32,000 nt of DNA from Hyperthermus butylicus DSM 5456 (GCF_000015145.1 NC_008818.1:90001-122000), one strand, 5' to 3'. Shown: positions 1-9,484, counted from the first letter of the stretch. Program-made: numbers and translations. The notes: generated from the letters alone by a model not told the origin.

Positions 1-368
1 GAGGCTCTACGCTCCTCTCCTGCGCCAATACCATACACCCCTCCACTGCAGCCCCCCACGCCTAGGTCTTTAAACCTGGCGAGCACACAGAAAGAAGCCG
101 CCACAACTTGATGATATGAAGCCCCAGCATGCAGCAGCCAATGCAAACAAAGCAGGTTTATGGATTCAACTACATGATGTGTCAAGCCTTGACAGAACTT
201 GTACTACAAAATACCTCATGATTCCCGTGCCAACCCATCTCCACAAAGGCTTGGAAAAGGCCAAGAGACGAACGTTACAATATTAAGGCCTTACTTGCCA
301 CAAGGCTTAGTTGCGGCCTTGACCCAAGCGTTACAGCCCTAGACTGCATCAGGGCTGACGGTGTCTAC

Positions 369-700
369 CTTAAGCAGACAAGAAAGGAACTAGAAAGAAT
401 GATGTAGAACAAGGCGGCAGAGAGGGCTTGGGGATCGGTAGCTTCGGCCGTAAAGGCATACTCCTCATGAAGAGAGGCTTGGAGGCTTGAAAGCCGCAGG
501 GAACCAGGGCTCTGCAATGATGTCCTCGCGGGGGAGCAAGGCTCCTGGGATGAGAAATGTCTCCGCCAGGCGAGCAGCCAACATACATGCTTCTATGGGG
601 GTTCTGCGCCTGGTGAGACGTAGAAGACGTTCTTAAGAAGGCTGAAAGGCTCATACAAGAAACACGCAACAGGATAACCAAGACGGTTGAGGACACATAG
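369..700 (+). pseudogene. Relic of a PaREP1/HEPN-like archaeal gene, broken by two in-frame stops and a frameshift
   Basis: My translation of the + frame from 369 reads LKQTRKELERMM*NKAAERAWGSVASAVKAYSS*REAWRLESRRE...SSQHTCFYGG. In-frame stops are TAG 405-407 and TGA 468-470, and the frame closes at TAG 621-623. The C-terminal continuation DVEDVLKKAERLIQETRNRITKTVEDT* lies in another frame (617-700). The pattern AE[KR]AWGxxAxAVKA ... WRxxS ... HxxFY matches what I recall of PaREP1-type helical proteins. The 5' limit is uncertain. Confidence 0.35.
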
Positions 701-857
701 TGACTTGTAAAATTGATGCATTACCCTAGGTGCGTGGCTTTCCTCCTGCAAGCTTGCTCATATAGGATACCAATACCCTTTAGACGGCCCTGCTGCCACC
801 CTTCAAGTACCACCCATGGTGTTTGCAGCATGGAGCACCCATGATCTAATGGTGTTG

Positions 858-1334
858 CTAGGCCTCCGCTGTTAGGGGTGAGGCGGGGTCCTCCTTTATT
901 GCGCGAAGGGCGAGGCTTGTAACGGTTCGCTTGACGGCTGGCAGCTTGTTCACGGCCTTGATGAACTTGTCTAGCTCACTTACGCTCCTAAACTTCGCTA
1001 CGACTGCGAGATCGTAGTCGCCGGTGATATCATACACTGCGATAACGTTGGGAGACTTGGCGAGGTATTCTCCAACCTCTACTATGCGTCCCCCTTCAAC
1101 TTGCATTAGTATGAGAACAGTGACAGTATAGCCCAACACATCGTAGTCCGGTAGGACAGTAAACCTCCTTATAACCCCTGCTTTAACAAGCTTACTTAGC
1201 CGCGTGTGAACAGTTGATGCAGCAAGTTTTAATTCCCTTGCGAGCTCGCGTATACTCTGCCGCGCATTCATAGCCAGGAGCTTTACAAGCTTATAGTCAA
1301 CATCATCTATGCTAGCATGGCTCCGCGCAGACAA
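858..1334 (-). CDS. Lrp/AsnC family transcriptional regulator
   Basis: 158 aa. N-terminal HTH: DYKLVKLLAMNARQSIRELARELKLAASTVHTRLSKLVKAGVI. C-terminal RAM-type ligand domain: VLILMQVE...VIAVYDITGDYDLAVVAKFRSVSELDKFI. This is the typical Lrp/AsnC architecture and length. Confidence 0.85.
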   Translation of the reverse strand: MSARSHASIDDVDYKLVKLLAMNARQSIRELARELKLAASTVHTRLSKLVKAGVIRRFTVLPDYDVLGYTVTVLILMQVEGGRIVEVGEYLAKSPNVIAVYDITGDYDLAVVAKFRSVSELDKFIKAVNKLPAVKRTVTSLALRAIKEDPASPLTAEA

Positions 1335-1481
1335 TCTGTTCAGCCCCAGGCTGCAGCTGTAAGGGGTGGTGCCCTAGAAAGGTGAATCCCTACCACCTAT
1401 TAATACTTCAATTCTGCCAGTTGCGGGGCGTGGGTAAAGCATACGCCTAGTGGAGAGTAAGAGAGATAATCCCAACGGACT

Positions 1482-1811
1482 ATGTGTATGCAACTACGCG
1501 GCGGGAGGGTTAGTCGAGAGTTGAGTGGCTTGCGCCGCCTAGTCCTCGACGTGCTTAAACCCCTAAAGGACCCGTCAATAGTTGATGTTGCTCTCGAGCT
1601 TGCAAAGGTTCCCGGCGTACAGGGCGTAAACATAACTGTCAACGAGGTTGATGTCGAGACGCTAAGCTTAACAGTCGTTATCGAAGGCGACAATATCGAG
1701 TTCGACGGCATTAGGAGGGTTCTCGAGGAGGTTGGAGCAGCAATACACAGTATCGACCAGGTGGTGGCTGGCGAGAAGTTTGTCGAAATTCCACGCAGAC
1801 CACAAGAATAA
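1482..1811 (+). CDS. DUF211 family protein (conserved archaeal, unknown function)
   Basis: The core LRRLVLDVLKPLKDPSIVDVALELAKVPGVQGVNITVNEVDVETLSLTVVIEGDNIEFDGIRRVLEEVGAAIHSIDQVVAG matches the DUF211 pattern as I remember it. The true start may be the in-frame TTG at 1521, just before LRRLVLDV. Confidence 0.7.
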   Translation: MCMQLRGGRVSRELSGLRRLVLDVLKPLKDPSIVDVALELAKVPGVQGVNITVNEVDVETLSLTVVIEGDNIEFDGIRRVLEEVGAAIHSIDQVVAGEKFVEIPRRPQE

Positions 1812-1851
1812 GGCTGTCCTAGATGACTAGGGTAGGCTCGGGTTTTAGGAG

Positions 1852-2220
1852 GTGTGCGGGACCGTGGCCTCCAATCAACCCATGGACAGAGAGAAGGAGT
1901 ACATAACTATAGAGGAGTTTGCCCGCATCGACCTACGTGTTGGCCGGGTTGTAGAGGCTGAGCGTATTCCTGGCACGAGGCTACTCCGCCTCATAGTGGA
2001 TATTGGTACCGAGAAGAGGCAGATAATAGCTGGGCTCGGCGAGTTCTACAACCCCGAGGACTTTATAGGCAAGACAATGGTTATAGTTGCCAACCTCAAG
2101 CCTAAGAGGATACGTGGTTACTTGAGTGAGGGCATGCTACTAGCTGCTGGCTGCGAGAAGGGACAGAAGCCGGTGCCCCTAACAGCTGAGGGAGCTGAGC
2201 CCGGCTGGAAGGTCTGCTAG
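1852..2220 (+). CDS. tRNA-binding domain protein (Trbp111/CsaA/MetRS C-terminal-domain-like OB fold)
   Basis: IDLRVGRVVEAERIPGTRLLRLIVDIGTEKRQIIAGLGEFYNPEDFIGKTMVIVANLKPKRIRGYLSEGMLLAA is the classic tRNA-binding OB-fold signature. Alternative starts are GTG 1864 or ATG 1882. A GGAGGTG element sits at 1846-1852. Confidence 0.8.
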   Translation: MCGTVASNQPMDREKEYITIEEFARIDLRVGRVVEAERIPGTRLLRLIVDIGTEKRQIIAGLGEFYNPEDFIGKTMVIVANLKPKRIRGYLSEGMLLAAGCEKGQKPVPLTAEGAEPGWKVC

Positions 2221-2230
2221 TATAATCTCC

Positions 2231-3373
2231 TTGGAGGGTCTGGCCGCAAAGATGGTTATATGCCTCGTGGGCTATGGCAGAATTGGGAGAATCACTGCAC
2301 GCATACTCGCCGAAAAAGGGTTTCCACCTATAGTCTATGACTCCTCGCGGTACCGCGTAGAGCTGGCCCGTCGCGATGGCTTTGAGTCACATCTAGCCGA
2401 CTCTACGAATCCACACGTCGCCAGCCATATAGCGTCTAGCTGTGAGGCTATACTCACAGCGCTACCCGGCAGGATCGCAGAGCGGGTCATAACACTACTC
2501 GTAGAGTATAAGGCGCCACTGATAGTAGATGTCTCGTTTGTTCGAGATCCCCTAGCATTCCATAGCCGTGCTCTCGAGAATCGCATCAAACTCTTCGTCG
2601 ATGCCGGCTTTGCGCCGGGCCTCTCGAACATGCTGGTAGCACACGGCGCACGAGGCCTTGACAGTGCCGTGGAGGCTATAGTCTACGTTGGTGGCATATC
2701 GGCGGAGGCTGAGAGGGAGCCCTTAGGCCTTGTAGCATCATGGTCTACTATGGACCTGCTTGAGGAGTACAGTAGGCCTGCACGGGCTAAACTAAGGGGA
2801 AGACTCGTAGAGCTAGACCCCATAGACGACGCTGTGGAGGTAGAGCTACCCGGCCTAGGGCGCTTTGACGCCATGCCCACTGATGGACTTAGAACATTAC
2901 TGACATCTTACCCTAGCATTGAAACGCTTGTAGAGTACACGCTACGTTACCCGGGCCACGTAAATGTCTTGAAGACACTCAAGAGGCTAGGCCTGCTCGA
3001 CAACAAACCACATGTGATAGCTGGCTGTTCCGTGGCACCTCGCGAGCTGCTCGCAAGGCTTCTTGAGGAGATACTTCCTAAACAAGATGATCGAATAGTT
3101 TTACATGTAACTGTAAAAGGCATAGCGAATAACAAGCGTGTCGAGAGAGTCTACACAATCGACGTTAAACAGCGAGATCTCGATATAGATTATCCGGTGC
3201 TCGCCTATGCAACAAGCATAGTACATGCGTGGACGGCCATGCAAGCGCTACGCGGCTGGGGGCATCCTGGCGTTAACACGCCAGAGGAGCTCGCTCCCGC
3301 ACTGAGGGATCTAGCCCGCGAACTCTCTTCGCGAGGTATACAACTTAGAAGGAGGGAGTGCATCGAATCCTAG
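2231..3373 (+). CDS. Saccharopine dehydrogenase-like NAD(P)-binding oxidoreductase
   Basis: N-terminal Rossmann motif VICLVGYGRIGRITARILAEKG and a downstream GFAPGLSNMLV motif typical of the saccharopine dehydrogenase family, about 370 aa. ATG 2252 (MVICLVG...) is the more likely start than TTG 2231. Confidence 0.65.
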   Translation: MEGLAAKMVICLVGYGRIGRITARILAEKGFPPIVYDSSRYRVELARRDGFESHLADSTNPHVASHIASSCEAILTALPGRIAERVITLLVEYKAPLIVDVSFVRDPLAFHSRALENRIKLFVDAGFAPGLSNMLVAHGARGLDSAVEAIVYVGGISAEAEREPLGLVASWSTMDLLEEYSRPARAKLRGRLVELDPIDDAVEVELPGLGRFDAMPTDGLRTLLTSYPSIETLVEYTLRYPGHVNVLKTLKRLGLLDNKPHVIAGCSVAPRELLARLLEEILPKQDDRIVLHVTVKGIANNKRVERVYTIDVKQRDLDIDYPVLAYATSIVHAWTAMQALRGWGHPGVNTPEELAPALRDLARELSSRGIQLRRRECIES

Positions 3374-3394
3374 CTGGAGGCACCGCACCCCCAA

Positions 3395-3463
3395 GGGGCG
3401 ATGAAGACTGGTATTACCGGCGACCACGCGGGGATGAACGGGCCCCAACCGCTGCAGAGCCCC
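3395..3463 (+). ncRNA. Box C/D sRNA candidate 1, with variant boxes and a guide complementary to the 16S rRNA 530 loop
   Basis: A perfect 5-bp terminal stem, GGGGC 3395-3399 with GCCCC 3459-3463, brackets a C-like box AUGAAGA (3401-3407) and a D-like box CAGA (3455-3458), spanning 58 nt. C-box position 5 and D-box position 2 normally form the U.U pair; here both are A. The 12 nt after box C, CUGGUAUUACCG (3408-3419), are followed by GCGA (D'-like). They are the exact reverse complement of CGGUAAUACCAG, the conserved small-subunit rRNA segment GCGGUAAUACC, plus AG as I recall crenarchaeal 16S. Confidence 0.5.
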
Positions 3464-3477
3464 GCCACTACACGCAA

Positions 3478-3546
3478 AGGGATGATGACGAGCTGGCGAA
3501 CAGAACCCTCCGGACGGGATGTTGATGGGTGTGGGGTTCTGACCAC
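3478..3546 (+). ncRNA. Box C/D sRNA candidate 2
   Basis: Canonical box C AUGAUGA at 3482-3488 and box D CUGA at 3539-3542, spanning 61 nt. CAGA (D'-like) at 3501-3504 lies exactly 12 nt after box C. A UGAUGG (C'-like) box is at 3523-3528. Flanking GG/CC can form a short terminal stem. The candidate lies in an otherwise non-coding 260-bp spacer directly after candidate 1. Confidence 0.5.
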
Positions 3547-3634
3547 CAAAGAGGATACAGCATATGCGATCACATGACATAATACTCTCTGCAATCTCTT
3601 CGGTAAGCATATTTAGGTACTTTCACAGCTCTCC

Positions 3635-4408
3635 TTGAAGGCCTATCTGAAGAGGCTGTTGAGTTTGGAGACCGCTGTACGGGCTGAAAACCTTCACAAG
3701 GTCTACCCAGGTGGAGTTCACGCGCTAAGAGGCCTCTCCTTCACGGTATTCGATGGCGAAATATACGGGCTAGTTGGGCCTAACGGCTCGGGGAAGACAA
3801 CTACACTACGCATACTTGCCACGCTTTTACGTCCAACCTCGGGGAAAGTGCTAATCTACAACATAGACGTACTCTCGGAGCCAGCGAAGGTGAGAAGCCT
3901 CATAGCATACCTCCCAGAGGATGCAGGAGTTTACCGAAGGCTAAAAGGTATCGAGATTATAGAACTCTTTGCGAAGACCCGGTTCAAGAGTAGCCGCGAC
4001 CGTGAAGCCTTCATAGACGAGGCTGCTCGGCTCTCTGGGCTTAGCTGGGAGGAACTTGAGAGGCCTGCTGGAGGCTATAGTAAGGGCATGAAGCGTCGTC
4101 TCTTGCTCGCAATAACTCTTGCATTAAGGCCTCGACTACTGATACTTGACGAGCCTACATCTGGTCTCGACGTGATGCAGAGTATGCGCATGAGGAGGAT
4201 GATACTACGCTACAACCGAGAACACAACATCACAGTATTACTGAGCAGCCATAACATGCTTGAGGTTGAGTTTCTCTGCAACCGCGTGGGCATAATTTAC
4301 GGCGGCAGGCTACTCGCCGAGGGCTCTCCAAGGGAGCTGAAGGAGAAGTTCTCGGCAGAGAACCTCGAGCAAGTATTCGAGAAGATTACGGGAGGTGTTA
4401 ACGCATGA
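3635..4408 (+). CDS. ABC transporter ATP-binding protein (ABC-2/drug-exporter type)
   Basis: Walker A GPNGSGKTT, signature-like YSKGMKRRL, Walker B LLILDEPTSGLD and an H-loop SSHNM. The start is uncertain: TTG 3635 or TTG 3665. Confidence 0.9.
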   Translation: MKAYLKRLLSLETAVRAENLHKVYPGGVHALRGLSFTVFDGEIYGLVGPNGSGKTTTLRILATLLRPTSGKVLIYNIDVLSEPAKVRSLIAYLPEDAGVYRRLKGIEIIELFAKTRFKSSRDREAFIDEAARLSGLSWEELERPAGGYSKGMKRRLLLAITLALRPRLLILDEPTSGLDVMQSMRMRRMILRYNREHNITVLLSSHNMLEVEFLCNRVGIIYGGRLLAEGSPRELKEKFSAENLEQVFEKITGGVNA

Positions 4409-5637
4409 TCGGCGTGCTTGCTGTTAAGGAGATAAAAAGTATTCTGAGGGATAGAGCGTTTATAGCCAGCCTAATAATAGCCCCTATGCTAATAATTATG
4501 CTCGGCCAGTTCACGACACAAGCAATAGAAGAGGCCGCCAAGACGAGAACTGAAGCACTCACAAAGACCCACATAGCCGTTGTTGGACTAGACAAGGGTG
4601 ACCTCTGGCGCGAGATTATCAGCGAGCTAACCAGGACTACGAATATACACATGGATATCGTTGAGGGTGACCCAATCAGGCTGATGGAGAGCTATGACAT
4701 TGTCATAGTGTTCCCGGAAGAGTTCAGCAGGAACATATCCTCCGGATACCCAGCCACCGTGCATGTATATGGCTCGGTAGCCCCCACATCAATCGCAGAA
4801 CTCGCCTCACATCCTGCCTTGGTACTGGCATCACTGATATCTGAAACTGCTAGCAGAATTATCGCCAACAGGCTAGGTGTAACACCTACCTTTATAGGCT
4901 CGCCGGTGAAAACGGGTATATACATAGAACTGCCGAGAATAGGGCTTGTTGACGAACAAGAGCTGCAAGCACTCTATAACACAATAACGATGATGATATA
5001 TGTCCCCCTCTTCGCTTTGATAATGGTTGCCCAGGTTTCGGCAACAAGCATGGCCTATGAAAGGGCCGAGAAGACTCTCGAGCTACTACTTTCCCAGCCA
5101 ATTAGTAGGAGTTCTATCGTATGGGCAAAAATTGTCGGCTCATTTGCCATAGGGTTGCTAGAGGCTGCTGTGTTCTCAGCTGCAATGCTCTACTACTCTG
5201 AGGCTGTTGCACCAGGTGCTGGGTTTAAGGCTGTATTTGCTGACCCCAGCCTCCTAGTCCTATTCGCTGCTGGTCTCCTGGTAGCATCGCTGCTAATAGC
5301 CACAGTTGCAATGCTTATTGGCAGCCTTGCAGAGGATGTGAGAGCTGCACAGTCAACTATAGGCGTTATTGTAGCACCTCTCTTCGTGATGGCGATATCT
5401 ATCATGTTTATAGGCTTGCCACCCGGCGCCAAGGCATATGCTGTGGCAGCCATACCGGCCTCAGCGCCCATGGTGGCGCTATACTCTGGCCTCAAAGCAT
5501 CGTATAGTATTGCTCTGGCATCTCTGGCATTCAACACTGTCTATACTGTCGCAGCAGTATATGCTATGTCGCGATTGGTATCGAGTGAGCGCATACTAAT
5601 AGGGTTCGGGCTAAAGTTGAGACGCCTGGGGCGGTGA
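4405..5637 (+). CDS. ABC-2 type transporter permease
   Basis: The start ATG overlaps the ATPase stop (ATGA at 4405-4408). The protein has one N-terminal TM helix, a roughly 150-aa extracytoplasmic segment, then about five hydrophobic helices. This is the typical ABC-2 permease layout. Confidence 0.75.
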   Translation: MIGVLAVKEIKSILRDRAFIASLIIAPMLIIMLGQFTTQAIEEAAKTRTEALTKTHIAVVGLDKGDLWREIISELTRTTNIHMDIVEGDPIRLMESYDIVIVFPEEFSRNISSGYPATVHVYGSVAPTSIAELASHPALVLASLISETASRIIANRLGVTPTFIGSPVKTGIYIELPRIGLVDEQELQALYNTITMMIYVPLFALIMVAQVSATSMAYERAEKTLELLLSQPISRSSIVWAKIVGSFAIGLLEAAVFSAAMLYYSEAVAPGAGFKAVFADPSLLVLFAAGLLVASLLIATVAMLIGSLAEDVRAAQSTIGVIVAPLFVMAISIMFIGLPPGAKAYAVAAIPASAPMVALYSGLKASYSIALASLAFNTVYTVAAVYAMSRLVSSERILIGFGLKLRRLGR

Positions 5638-5695
5638 GGAAGGATTATCGGGCCGAGTGGTGTGGAAGGTACCCTCAGGCTGAGCCCCTACAATA

Positions 5696-6022
5696 GTGAG
5701 GTGCTGGGGTTTGAGTAAAGAGTATCGGGGCAGGAGGATTGTGCTCTGGCCAGCAAATATTGACTCTACGCTTTCTAGGTCTGAGGGCAGGAAGATACCA
5801 TTGAGAGATGCTGTTAGGAAGCCAAGGGTTGAGGAAATAGTTGAGGCTGCCAATAGGCTGGGCCTAAACCCAACAGTTGAGGAGGCAGCTTATCCCCGTA
5901 GCTGGTGGGAGCAGCGTAAAAGAGTGGTTGTGGATAAGGTTGGCTCCAAGCTTAACACTTTACGTATGATAGCTCAAGAGGTAAAGAAGCTTAGGGAGGA
6001 GAGGAGGAGGCTAGGTAAGTAG
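5696..6022 (+). CDS. srp19: Signal recognition particle 19 kDa protein
   Basis: IVLWPANIDSTLSRSEGRKIPLRDAV...VEEIVEAANRLGLNPTVEE.AYPRSWWEQRKRVVVDK matches the archaeal SRP19 consensus (WP..D...SR.EGR..P ... YPR.WW). The 3' end overlaps the convergent pyrC by 32 nt. Confidence 0.85.
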   Translation: MRCWGLSKEYRGRRIVLWPANIDSTLSRSEGRKIPLRDAVRKPRVEEIVEAANRLGLNPTVEEAAYPRSWWEQRKRVVVDKVGSKLNTLRMIAQEVKKLREERRRLGK

Positions 6023-7265
6023 AGGCGTATTCTATAGCGTTAACTGTTTCAGGTTTCTCGCCAGTAAACTCGCCATCAAGGTAGACAAGCGTGCCTCCCA
6101 CGATTACTGCCTTCAGTGCAGCACATACCTCGATAATGTTCTCTATTGGGTTTTCACCCTTGCTGTAGATTCTTGCTGGCCGGTGCCAACGCTCGAGCTT
6201 GATGACCACTATGTTCGCCCTCATGCCCGGCTGCAGGGAGCCGTAGACGGAGTCTATGCCGAGTATCCTTGCAGGATTTAGAGATGTCAAACGCGCGTAA
6301 TCCTGGAGACTTAGAGTGCCAGAGGCTACAAGACAAGCCGCAAGTAGAGGCCATGAGTCGAGCCATGCAAAGCCCGGGCTACAGGATAGGGGGTCTATCC
6401 TCTCCCGCAGCAAGTGGGGTGCATGATCGCTCGCCAACGCGTCCACCATGCCTTCTGCTAGGAGTTTGAGCATGGATAGGCGCTCAGCCTTGCTGCGCAG
6501 GGGTGGGTTAACCCTCCATCCACAATCGCTGCCTCGGAGGCTGTAGAAGAGGTGGTGCGGCGTAGCATCAACTGTTGCACCCACCTTCTTGGCTGCTAGC
6601 ACAGTGCTGGGGCAGCTAGCATGGGTTACATGGAGCCTCGCCGGACCAAGATCTAGTACCTCCATGAGCCCAGCGAGTTCGGCCCAGCAGCCCCTCATAG
6701 CAGCCCTCGTATCCTCGGCTTCTACTATGCTCTTCAACGCCACGGGGTGCTCTGCGTGAAGGATTAGTAGCTTGTGTAGCCTAGCTATCCTTCGTAGTGT
6801 GCCTCTCCTCTCCTCCAGGTCTTCGGGATAAACCTTGAACCCTGCAATAGGCAGCTCTGCGAGCCCCCGCGCCTCTTCGGGCTCGTCAGGTACCCCGGCG
6901 TAGACAGCATAGTCTACGAGGCTCATCCTCCTTAGCGCGGCAAGCTTAGCATCAATAGCACTCTTCGACCTTAGTGGCGGCATGGTATTCGGCATGTCTG
7001 CCACGAGCGTTATGCCCGAGGCTGCGGCTGCACGTGTACTAGTAGCCTCGTCCTCCTTGTAGGATAGCTTGAGCCCCCTTAGGTGAACGTGGAGGTCTAT
7101 CATGCCGGGCAGTACTATGCCGCCCATATCTCGGTAGTCGAGCCTCTCCGGCGCCCTGGGCTCACTTGTTACCGAAGCTATCCTGTCTCCCTCAATGTTG
7201 ATGCAACCACTCCCGTAGACGCCATAGCCATCTACGAGGTGGCCGCAGATGGCTAGTTCTGGCAC
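5991..7265 (-). CDS. pyrC: Dihydroorotase
   Basis: Amidohydrolase metal motif DLHVHLRG and a later ASDHAPH motif, 424 aa. It is the last gene of the pyr operon and its start overlaps the pyrK stop by 13 nt. Confidence 0.85.
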   Translation of the reverse strand: MPELAICGHLVDGYGVYGSGCINIEGDRIASVTSEPRAPERLDYRDMGGIVLPGMIDLHVHLRGLKLSYKEDEATSTRAAAASGITLVADMPNTMPPLRSKSAIDAKLAALRRMSLVDYAVYAGVPDEPEEARGLAELPIAGFKVYPEDLEERRGTLRRIARLHKLLILHAEHPVALKSIVEAEDTRAAMRGCWAELAGLMEVLDLGPARLHVTHASCPSTVLAAKKVGATVDATPHHLFYSLRGSDCGWRVNPPLRSKAERLSMLKLLAEGMVDALASDHAPHLLRERIDPLSCSPGFAWLDSWPLLAACLVASGTLSLQDYARLTSLNPARILGIDSVYGSLQPGMRANIVVIKLERWHRPARIYSKGENPIENIIEVCAALKAVIVGGTLVYLDGEFTGEKPETVNAIEYASTYLASSSPP

Positions 7266-8026
7266 TCCCTCACCACCCAGCAGCCAAGCCTAACAGCCGG
7301 AACTACGGGACCGTCACGGCAGAGCAGCATGCCTGTGCAGGGTATGGTGCAGCTCCCACAGAAGCCGAGGCCACATCTAACCATTGTCTCTATGCTGAGG
7401 GCAAGCCGTTCCAGCTGCCCAGCCTCAGCGGCCTCGCTGTAAGCCCTGCACAGTAGGGGTTTTGGGCCAGCAACAACCGTGTATACATCGCCTACACGGA
7501 GCCCGCTGGCGTGAAGTGCGTCAAGCACTGTTCCCCGGAGTCCTCGGCTACCATCATCCGTCGCGTAGATGACCCTGGCACCGCCTAGGAACTCCTCGAC
7601 GGGTGCTAGCTCGCCGGCACTACGGGCACCATAGAAAACTGTAACCCTTACACCTGACTGCGCTGCCTCCCTCGCAGCCATAGCCACAGCTGCCACGCCA
7701 ACGCCACCGGCTAGGAACACCATCTCGTCCCCGCGGTAGGTGAACCGCCTACCCAGAACAGCTATGACGCCAGCATGGCGCGGAGGCGACGAGACGAGCC
7801 TGGCAGTAGTCGGGCCCCGCTCAACTACTAGCAGAACCAATCTACTAGCATCACTGTAGAGGGGTGTCAACGGTATGGCCTCTGAGCCTGGAACCCAGAA
7901 CAGTATAAACTGTCCCGGCGAGAGAGACGGGGCACTGTCTAGGTAGCGATACTCTAGCATAACCTGACGCGGACCTCGCCATAGTATGCGCACAAGCTCA
8001 ACGCTATGGTAGCTGTAGCGTTGCAC
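7253..8026 (-). CDS. pyrK: Dihydroorotate dehydrogenase electron-transfer subunit (PyrK-like ferredoxin reductase with a 2Fe-2S domain)
   Basis: FNR-like fold with nucleotide-binding GGVGVAAV. C-terminal cluster motif CGLGFCGSCTIPCTG...LCRDGPV (C-x4-C-x2-C...C). It lies inside the pyr operon. Confidence 0.8.
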   Translation of the reverse strand: MQRYSYHSVELVRILWRGPRQVMLEYRYLDSAPSLSPGQFILFWVPGSEAIPLTPLYSDASRLVLLVVERGPTTARLVSSPPRHAGVIAVLGRRFTYRGDEMVFLAGGVGVAAVAMAAREAAQSGVRVTVFYGARSAGELAPVEEFLGGARVIYATDDGSRGLRGTVLDALHASGLRVGDVYTVVAGPKPLLCRAYSEAAEAGQLERLALSIETMVRCGLGFCGSCTIPCTGMLLCRDGPVVPAVRLGCWVVRECQN

Positions 8027-8028
8027 AC

Positions 8029-8511
8029 CTAGCCTCCCTCAGCTAATTGCTCGGCCACATCCTCCTCCGATACGAGGGTACCACAATAGACGCACTGGAG
8101 CACCAGTGGCTGCCTCGACACTACACGGAATCTCGGCTTCACCGGCTCCCTCCCAACCCTCGTTATGCAGGACGGATTGGGGCACATCAGTATACCCTCA
8201 ACAATGTCTGGCACTGTGACACGACGCTTCGCCACGACACGGTAGTCATGGATAATGTTTATTGTAGCCCTCGGAGCTACCAATGCTATCTTATCCACCT
8301 CCTCGGGGCTAAGGTGGCGACCCTCAATCTTCACGATATCTTTCCGGCCAAGCTTCCGACTCTCAACATTCATCACAACAGCTATCCTAGCTCCCTCGCG
8401 CCCAGTTATGCCCAGTATCTTTAACACAGTCAAAGCCCTACCTGCAGGTATATGGTCTATCACGGTTCCCTCACGTATCCTCCTAACCAGGAGGCCTGAC
8501 CCGCTCTCCAA
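8029..8511 (-). CDS. pyrI: Aspartate carbamoyltransferase regulatory chain
   Basis: N-terminal allosteric domain ([23 protein letters not shown]) and a C-terminal zinc domain CPNPSCIT...CVYCG. It lies directly downstream of pyrB. Confidence 0.9.
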   Translation of the reverse strand: MESGSGLLVRRIREGTVIDHIPAGRALTVLKILGITGREGARIAVVMNVESRKLGRKDIVKIEGRHLSPEEVDKIALVAPRATINIIHDYRVVAKRRVTVPDIVEGILMCPNPSCITRVGREPVKPRFRVVSRQPLVLQCVYCGTLVSEEDVAEQLAEGG

Positions 8512-8515
8512 CCGG

Positions 8516-9484
8516 CTACACCTCCCGGCCAGCTATGAGAGCTAGGAGCGCCATACGGACTGGCACACCGTTACGGGCTTGTTCAAAGTAGGCAGCGTAT
8601 GGGGTCCCGTCTACCTCCGGCGCTATCTCATCAACTCTTGGCAACGGGTGAAGGATACGCAGCTCCCTCCTAGCATGCTGTTCTAGCAGCTCCAGTGTAA
8701 CGCGGTAGCTCCCCCGGACCTTCTCGTACTCGCGTTGATCCGGAAACCTCTCCCGCTGGATACGCGTCACGTAGAGGACGTCTAGCTCGCCTAGAACTTC
8801 CTCGAGGCTCTCAACCTCCCTATACCTCATCCCTCTCTCGTCAAGTACCATGCGTACCTCGGGCCTCACTCTCAACAGAGGCGGCGAAATAAGGTAAATC
8901 ATTCTAGGCCGATAGATTGTCAGGGCCAATATGAAGCTCGAGGCGGCCCTCCCGTAGCGGAGATCGCCGAGAACCCCATAGGTGAGCCCGTCTATTGTAC
9001 CGAAAAGCTTCCTGACCGTGTAGAGGTCGAGCATTGCCTGCGTTGGGTGATGTTGTTTACCATCGCCAGCATTTATCACCGGGTGTTCTGCTATTTCGGC
9101 AGCATAGAGTGCTGCTCCCTCGTAGCGGTGCCTTAACACTATCATATCCGCATAGGAGTCGAGCATACGTATAGTATCGGCTAGTGTTTCTCCCTTGGCT
9201 ATACTGATAGCCTCTTCGCTCGTAAACCCTATAGTGTCTGCCCCTAGCCTCTTCGCGGCTGTTTCAAAGCTCAGCCTGGTCCTCGTGGAGGGCTCAAAGA
9301 AGGCTAAGGCGACAATATAACCTTCTAGGAGTGGTATGCGCCCCCTCTCCCTGAGCAGGGAGGAGAACTTGTCAGCGACCTCGAAGAGCTGCTCAAGGCT
9401 ATCCCGGTCAAAATCTAGGATGCTAATTACATCCCGGCCCTTCCAGCCCGAGCCAGAGCCCAAAAGCCCTCTACAAGCTTTCAC
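8516..9484 (-). CDS. pyrB: Aspartate carbamoyltransferase catalytic chain
   Basis: Carbamoyl-phosphate motif [21 protein letters not shown], and a C-terminal HPLPRVDEI motif. Confidence 0.95.

Noticed and set aside
370-696. 108-aa minus-strand ORF from the track
   Set aside because: It is a Ser/Pro/Leu/Arg-rich, low-complexity translation that lies exactly antisense to a + strand reading with a recognisable, though broken, protein pattern. I treat it as a shadow ORF.
3311-3610. Two overlapping minus-strand ORFs (99 and 74 aa) in the 3374-3634 spacer
   Set aside because: They overlap each other in different frames and have odd composition with no motifs. The region is better explained by two + strand box C/D units.
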